A DNA stretch of 64,000 nt from Clostridia bacterium. Its GTDB lineage: Bacteria; Bacillota; Clostridia; Christensenellales; UBA1242. Location of the stretch: contig JAFVTW010000017.1 of NCBI GenBank assembly GCA_017503005.1, positions 32,853 through 96,852 on the forward strand. Direction: 5' to 3'. Below are positions 58,674-64,000 of the stretch, piece by piece. Each line of letters starts with the position of its first letter. Position 1 is the first letter of the stretch. The notes under the pieces were generated by a model. The model did no database searches, had not been told where the DNA came from, and saw only the letters and a program-made list of their open reading frames with translations. The position numbers and the translations under genes are program-made.

Positions 58674-60101
58674 ATGAAAAATAAAGCAATTACAGATAGA
58701 GAAGTTGACTTTGCTCAATGGTATACAGATGTTGTTAAGGCTGCACATTTGGCAGAGTATTCAAATGTTAAAGGTTGTATAGTGTTTGAGCCAAATGGAT
58801 ATGCTATTTGGGAAAAGATGCAATCAGTGTTGGATAAGATGTTTAAGGAAACAGGTCACCAAAATGTATATATGCCTATGTTTATTCCTGAAAGTTTATT
58901 AAAGAAAGAGGGTGAACTGATTGAGGGTTTCGCTCCAGAATGTGCTTGGGTTACACAAGGTGGCGCTGGTAATGCACTAGAAGAGAGAATGGCTGTTAGA
59001 CCTACTAGTGAGACATTGTTTAGTGATTATTATAGTTCAAAGATTAATTCATACCGTGATTTGCCTAAATTGTATAATCAATGGTGTAATGTTGTTAGAT
59101 GGGAAAAGGAAACTAGACCTTTCTTAAGAACAAGAGAATTTTTGTGGCAAGAAGGTCATACTATTCACGAAACAGCAAAAGAGGCGGAAGAAGAAACTCT
59201 TAGAATGTTAAATGTATACAAAACATTCTTTGAAGAATATTTAGCTATTCCTGCTATTACTGGTAGAAAAACTGAAAAAGAGAAATTTGCTGGGGCAGAG
59301 TATACATATACTATTGAATCTTTGATGTATAATGGTGTGGCTCTTCAAAGTGGAACTACACACTACTTTGGTCAAAAGTTTAGTAAAGCATATGATATTA
59401 AATTTTTAAATAGAAACAATCAACAAGAATATGTGTACCAAACATCATGGGGTGTTACAACCAGAATGATAGGTGCACTTATAATGGTTCATAGTGATGA
59501 GAATGGTTTGGTATTGCCACCAAAAATTGCTCCAAGACAAGTTGCCATTGTTCCTATTGGTAATGATGAACAAATTGTTCAATTAGCTAATTCAATTTGT
59601 GATAAATTAAAAGCAAGTGGTGTTACTGCATTTGTTGATACTACAGATAGAACTCCAGGCTATAAATTTGCAGAACATGAAGTAAATGGAATACCTGTTA
59701 GGGTAGAGCTAGGTAAGAGAGATTTTGAAAATGGTGTAATCACTCTAGCTAGAAGAGATACTAGAGAAAAAATTACTGTTGATATGAATTGTGATATTGT
59801 TAATGAAGTAAAAACTTTGTTAGATAATATTCAATCAAACTTGTATGACAGGGCATTAAAAAGAAGAGATGAACTTACATATGTTTGCCAAAATATGGAA
59901 GAGGTAGAAAAGATAATGAATACTAAGCCTGGTTTTGTAAAAGCTATGTGGTGTGGTGATCAAGAATGTGAATTGAAAATGAAAGAAATTCGTGGTACAA
60001 AATCTCGTTGTATTTTAGAGAATGAAGAACCTGTGGGTGATAAGTGTGTGTGCTGTGGTAAGAAGGCAAAACACCTTGTTGTATGGGGTATTCAATACTA
60101 A
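58674..60101 (+). CDS. proS: Proline--tRNA ligase, archaeal/eukaryotic type
   Basis: DF..WY..V, RPTSET, QW.NVVRWE...RPFLRTREFLWQEGHT, SWG.TTR, C-terminal Zn-binding Cys and terminal Y. Confidence 0.96.
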   Translation: MKNKAITDREVDFAQWYTDVVKAAHLAEYSNVKGCIVFEPNGYAIWEKMQSVLDKMFKETGHQNVYMPMFIPESLLKKEGELIEGFAPECAWVTQGGAGNALEERMAVRPTSETLFSDYYSSKINSYRDLPKLYNQWCNVVRWEKETRPFLRTREFLWQEGHTIHETAKEAEEETLRMLNVYKTFFEEYLAIPAITGRKTEKEKFAGAEYTYTIESLMYNGVALQSGTTHYFGQKFSKAYDIKFLNRNNQQEYVYQTSWGVTTRMIGALIMVHSDENGLVLPPKIAPRQVAIVPIGNDEQIVQLANSICDKLKASGVTAFVDTTDRTPGYKFAEHEVNGIPVRVELGKRDFENGVITLARRDTREKITVDMNCDIVNEVKTLLDNIQSNLYDRALKRRDELTYVCQNMEEVEKIMNTKPGFVKAMWCGDQECELKMKEIRGTKSRCILENEEPVGDKCVCCGKKAKHLVVWGIQY

Positions 60102-60171
60102 TTTTTATGCACATCAAATAAATTTGTATAATTTGACCAAATGTATTTTTTGAATATTTTTAAGCAAATAT

Positions 60172-60210
60172 GGAAAGAAGTAGTTATGATTTAACTACTT
60201 CTTTCTTTTT
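60172..60210 (+). terminator. Terminator after proS
   Basis: GAAAGAAGTAGTTA-tgatt-TAACTACTTCTTTC-TTTTT. Confidence 0.85.
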
Positions 60211-60243
60211 GTTTGTTGTTAAAAAATGGCTTAATAAAGCCAT

Positions 60244-60377
60244 TGTATATTTATGCAGAATATTTATACAGCGTGCAATTTATAAATATAAAATGTTGTG
60301 AATAAAAATAAAAAGTAAAATGTATAAATATGCAAAAAGCACTTGCATAAAAAATTGTGATAATGTATAATTATGTT
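60244..60377 (+). promoter_or_regulatory. ARG-box array overlapping the SigA promoter of argR
   Basis: TGTATATTTATGCA (60244), TGAATAAAAATAAA (60299), TGTATAAATATGCA (60321), TGCATAAAAAATTG (60344), TGTATAATTATGTT (60364); promoter TTGCAT-17-TATAAT (60343-60371). Confidence 0.7.
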
Positions 60378-60432
60378 GCTTTCAAAATTTTTGAATGTAT
60401 AAAAATTAATTTACTTAAAAAGGATAAGGCAA

Positions 60433-60891
60433 ATGGCAAGAAACTCTCGTCAATCAAAAATTTTAGAATTAATCGGTGCAAAGGAAATTGAAACCCAAGA
60501 AGAATTAGTGGCAGAACTTAAGGCTGCTAGTTTTGATGTAACTCAAGCAACAATTAGCCGTGATATCAAAGAGTTAGGTTTAATTAAGATTTTAACAGAT
60601 TCTAAAAAATATAAATATGCTATTGTTTCTGCTCCTAGTCAAGCTGTATCCAATAAGTTTTTGAATATATTTAAAGAATGTGTAATATCAGTAAAGAATG
60701 CTATGAATCTAGTTGTACTAAAAACCCTTAGAGGTACTGCTAGTATGGTTAGTTCTTTTATTGATCAACTATCACTAAATGCTGTTTTGGGTTGTACATA
60801 TGGTGACGATACTGTAATGGTCATTACAGTTGATGTTGAAGATGCATTTATGGTTCAACAAAAACTAAATGAAGTTTTAATTAGTGAATAA
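60433..60891 (+). CDS. argR: Arginine repressor
   Basis: RQ.KI..LI....IETQEEL, VTQAT.SRD.KEL, GDDT. Confidence 0.95.
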   Translation: MARNSRQSKILELIGAKEIETQEELVAELKAASFDVTQATISRDIKELGLIKILTDSKKYKYAIVSAPSQAVSNKFLNIFKECVISVKNAMNLVVLKTLRGTASMVSSFIDQLSLNAVLGCTYGDDTVMVITVDVEDAFMVQQKLNEVLISE

Positions 60892-60899
60892 TAAAATTT

Positions 60900-60924
60900 A
60901 GCACACTATTTAGTGTGCTTTTTT
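60900..60924 (+). terminator. Terminator after argR
   Basis: AGCACACTA-tt-TAGTGTGCTTTTTT. Confidence 0.75.
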
Positions 60925-61003
60925 ATTGCTAATATTTTTTGATTGTTATTTTTTTTATTATTTGATAGAATTTATTTGTATTACATATATAAAGGTAAAT
61001 TAA

Positions 61004-62713
61004 ATGATTTCTAGTTTAAAGATAAACAATATAGCCTTAATAGAAGAAAACATAATTAAACTTGGTGAGGGGTTTAATACTCTTACTGGTGAAACTGGTG
61101 CAGGTAAAAGTATTATCATAGATTCTCTTAATTTTGTTTTAGGTTGTAAAGCTGACAAAACTCTTATTAAAACAGGTAAGGATTTTGCAAAGGTAGAAGT
61201 TGTATTTGATTTACCGTGTTTAAATGATGCGATTACTAGTTTTTTTGAGAGTATTAATTGTGAGCCTGAAACAACTATTATTATTTCGAGATACTATAAT
61301 ACTAATGGTAAAAATGAAGTTAGAGTAAATGGTGAAGCTGTTACTTTGGGAATGCTAAAAAAGCTTACTATTAATTTGGTTGATATACATGGTCAACATG
61401 ATCATCAAGCATTGTTAGATGCTAAAAATCATATTAAAATTTTAGACACATTGGATCCTTATATAGACAAGTTAAAAGATGATTTAGGTGTTCAATTAGA
61501 TAAGGTTAAAGATATTAACAATCAAATCGCTGAGCTTGGTGGCGAAGGTGAAGATAAGGTTAGAAATATTAAATTATTAGAGCACGAAATAAATGAAATT
61601 GAGTTGGCTGAGCTTAAGGTTGGAGAAGAAGATGAACTTATTCAAAAACGAAAATATTATGCTAATTCAGAAAAATTATCTAGAAATCTAAACGATAGCT
61701 TTAATGCGATATATGGTAGTGATTGTAATGTTGTAAATCAGCTAAAAACTGCTAGTTATACTCTAGGTTTGATTAGTGATATTTCTCCACAAATAGAAGA
61801 TCTTAAAAACAGAGTAAATTCTGTAATGTATGAGATTAATGATGTTAGTGAATCTATTTCAGATCTTATAAATTCGACTGATTATGATGAACAAGAAGTG
61901 AATGAATTAGAAGAAAGATTAGATTTAATTAAAGATCTAAAAAGAAAGTTTGGTGGTTCTGTAGAATCTGTACTTGAATATTTAGAAAAAGCAAAGATTA
62001 AGTTAGAAAATCTATTAAATTCAGAACAAGCACTTATTAAGCTTAATAGTCAAAAATCTATAGTCCTAAAAGAAGTGTTTTCTTTATGTGAAAAGCTTAC
62101 TGCTAAAAGAAATGAGATGGGTGCTTGGTTAAGAGATAGATTGCTAAATGAATTGAAATATCTAGGTATAAAAAATGGCTTGTTTGAGGTTAATTTTGCA
62201 AATGATTACAATTTGTCAAACATAGAGAAAAAGGCAACAAAAAATGGTGCAGACAATGTTGAATTTTTATTTAGTGCAAACCCAGGAATTGAACTTAGAC
62301 CATTATCAAAAATTATCTCTGGTGGTGAGATGAGTAGGTTTATGTTGGCATTTAAGTGTGTAGTGCAAGATACATCTGGTATTAAGACTATGATATTTGA
62401 TGAAATTGATGCTGGAATAGGCGGTCTAATCGGTGTAGAAGTAGGCAAGAAGATTGCTGATATATCAAAATATAATCAAGTAATTTGTATTACACATTTA
62501 GCCCAAATTGCAGCATTTGCGGACTCTAATTTTAAGATTGAAAAGTCTGTAGATAACGATATTACATCTTCATCAGTTTCGCTTTTAGATTCTAATGGTA
62601 GAATTAAAGAGATAGCTAGAATGTTGGGCTTAAATGCTAATACAAAAACTGCAGAGGCTAGTGCATTAGAACTTATACAAATGGCAGATGAATATAAAAA
62701 TACACAAGCTTAA
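61004..62713 (+). CDS. recN: DNA repair protein RecN
   Basis: LTGETGAGKSIIID, DIHGQH, SGGE.SR.ML, FDEID.GI.G, QV.CITHL.QIA. Confidence 0.96.
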   Translation: MISSLKINNIALIEENIIKLGEGFNTLTGETGAGKSIIIDSLNFVLGCKADKTLIKTGKDFAKVEVVFDLPCLNDAITSFFESINCEPETTIIISRYYNTNGKNEVRVNGEAVTLGMLKKLTINLVDIHGQHDHQALLDAKNHIKILDTLDPYIDKLKDDLGVQLDKVKDINNQIAELGGEGEDKVRNIKLLEHEINEIELAELKVGEEDELIQKRKYYANSEKLSRNLNDSFNAIYGSDCNVVNQLKTASYTLGLISDISPQIEDLKNRVNSVMYEINDVSESISDLINSTDYDEQEVNELEERLDLIKDLKRKFGGSVESVLEYLEKAKIKLENLLNSEQALIKLNSQKSIVLKEVFSLCEKLTAKRNEMGAWLRDRLLNELKYLGIKNGLFEVNFANDYNLSNIEKKATKNGADNVEFLFSANPGIELRPLSKIISGGEMSRFMLAFKCVVQDTSGIKTMIFDEIDAGIGGLIGVEVGKKIADISKYNQVICITHLAQIAAFADSNFKIEKSVDNDITSSSVSLLDSNGRIKEIARMLGLNANTKTAEASALELIQMADEYKNTQA

Positions 62714-62748
62714 CATTATTTACCAGAATAAAAATTTTAATAATAATT

Positions 62749-62785
62749 AAACTACTTTTGGATAAATTTCAGGAGTAGTTTTTTT
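62749..62785 (+). terminator. Hairpin/terminator after recN containing the spoIVB SD
   Basis: AAACTACTTTTG-gataaattt-CAGGAGTAGTTT-TTTT directly before ATG 62786. Confidence 0.6.
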
Positions 62786-63997
62786 ATGAGAATTTCACGA
62801 AAAAGTATTGTGTTTTTTCTATTGTGTTCGATGTGTGTTTTGCTGTGTATTTCTTTTCCTTATCGTGAAATAATGATGCTAAACAGTGGAGATATCGTTA
62901 CGGTTGAAGAATTTGAGAAACTTACTAAATGTTTTGATTTTTTGAATGTAAATGTTGCTTGTGTAAGTGGTGGTACAGACGATAATGATGTAAAAGAATA
63001 TGATGTGAAATTTAAGTTGTTTAATTTATTTAATATAAAGAACCTAAAGGTGTCGGTAGTTGAGGATGAAAAAGTATTTTTAGGTGGAGATTGTGTAGGA
63101 TTATCTTTAAAGAGTAATGGGGTAATAGTTGTTGGTAGTAATTATGTGATTACAAAGAATGGAAATATTGCACCTATTCAAAGTTCTGGTTTGAGTATAG
63201 GAGATAGAATTACTCATTTAAATGGATTAGAAGTTAATTCGCTTAAAGATATTCAATCGGTACTCTCTAACTATAATGGTGGTATTATTGAAGTGAAGTA
63301 TATAAGAAAAAATATTGAGTATTTTACCGAAATAAAACCAGAATTCGATATTCAAACTAATAGTTATAAATTAGGTATTTGGATAAGAGACGATGCGGTT
63401 GGTGTAGGAACTCTAACTTTTGTTAAACCTGATTCACTTAGGTTTGGGTCATTAGGACATGCTATTACTGACTCTGATACTGGTGAGAATTTCAGTATCA
63501 AAGAGGGTGAAATATACAAATGTAATGTGGTCGGGGTCAAAAAAGGTGTTAAAGGGGCTCCTGGTGAAATTTTAGGATTATTTTTGCAAGGTAAAAATCC
63601 ACAAGGTGTTGTGGACAAAAATATAGAATATGGTGTGTATGGTAATTTAAGTGAAGATAGCGAGTTTGTGTTAGGTAAATCAAAAATTGATATAGGTGGA
63701 AAACTGAGTGCTAAGCCAGGCAAAGCTACAATTCTTACATGTGTAGATGGTACAAATATTCAAGAATTTGATGTGGAACTTATCAAGACAAATTATCAAA
63801 TCGGTGCCAAAAGTAAAAGTATGGTTATTAAGATAACGGACGAGGAGTTGTTAGAAAAAACGGGTGGAATAGTACAGGGTATGAGTGGCAGTCCTATTAT
63901 TCAAAATGGGAAAATTGTAGGGGCTGTAACACATGTGTTTGTAAATGATCCAACAAAGGGATTTGGATTGTATATTGACTGGATGTTGGATGAATAA
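62786..63997 (+). CDS. spoIVB: SpoIVB serine peptidase
   Basis: PDZ GD.I...NG, G.W.RD...GVGTLTF, LGH.I.D, TGGIVQGMSGSPI.QNG..VGAVTHV. Confidence 0.95.
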   Translation: MRISRKSIVFFLLCSMCVLLCISFPYREIMMLNSGDIVTVEEFEKLTKCFDFLNVNVACVSGGTDDNDVKEYDVKFKLFNLFNIKNLKVSVVEDEKVFLGGDCVGLSLKSNGVIVVGSNYVITKNGNIAPIQSSGLSIGDRITHLNGLEVNSLKDIQSVLSNYNGGIIEVKYIRKNIEYFTEIKPEFDIQTNSYKLGIWIRDDAVGVGTLTFVKPDSLRFGSLGHAITDSDTGENFSIKEGEIYKCNVVGVKKGVKGAPGEILGLFLQGKNPQGVVDKNIEYGVYGNLSEDSEFVLGKSKIDIGGKLSAKPGKATILTCVDGTNIQEFDVELIKTNYQIGAKSKSMVIKITDEELLEKTGGIVQGMSGSPIIQNGKIVGAVTHVFVNDPTKGFGLYIDWMLDE

Positions 63998-64000
63998 TAA

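Noticed and set aside
60925-61003. SOS box upstream of recN
   Set aside because: No GAAC-N4-GTTC match was found.
572-63723. Many 60-165 aa antisense or alternative-frame ORFs in the ORF track (e.g. 7025-7519, 42435-42932, 63364-63723)
   Set aside because: They lie within well-supported genes, lack SD sequences and motifs, and are the expected shadow ORFs.
1-64000. Arg codon reassignment (AGG/CGG) as reported in some low-GC Firmicutes
   Set aside because: AGG falls at a conserved Arg position (DprA RNRIIAG). CGG is too rare here to test.
1-64000. CRISPR arrays, IS elements, prophage, tRNA or rRNA genes
   Set aside because: No regularly spaced repeats, transposase or integrase ORFs, or GC-rich structural RNA segments were seen. 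Intergenic gaps are short and largely explained by promoters and terminators.

Overview
Low-GC, almost entirely + strand core-chromosome segment of a spore-forming Clostridia-like Firmicute that looks reductively evolved. It runs valS - ylbJ/patatin/tmcAL - pta-ackA - rpmF-plsX-rnc-smc-ftsY - ylxM-ffh-rpsP-khpA-rimM-trmD-ylqF-rnhB-yraN - rplS - comM-dprA-topA-trmFO-hslU-helD-tcdA-trx-like - iscS-iscU-like - ruvX - rpsB-tsf-frr-cdsA-rseP-(PolC-derived gene) - rimP-nusA-infB-rbfA-nrnA-truB - spoIIIAA-AH - nusB-xseAB-proS - argR-recN-spoIVB. I see no mobile elements, CRISPR arrays, rRNA or tRNA. The interest lies in remodelled core proteins: (1) a 523-aa 'mini-PolC' at the polC locus that keeps the N-terminal, OB and 3'-5' exonuclease domains, lacks the PHP and polymerase domains, and carries a QATLF clamp-binding-like motif; (2) an HslU with no adjacent hslV, whose HslV-docking tail is replaced by an LGF-containing tail; (3) an IscU lacking all three Cys ligands and a Cys-free thioredoxin flanking an intact IscS; (4) many genes missing from their usual loci (pyrH, uppS, dxr, ispG, ispA, dxs, acpP, hslV, codY, ribF); (5) a one-base frameshift in rpsB, probably an artefact. 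All calls come from reading motifs and gene order by eye; no searches were run.
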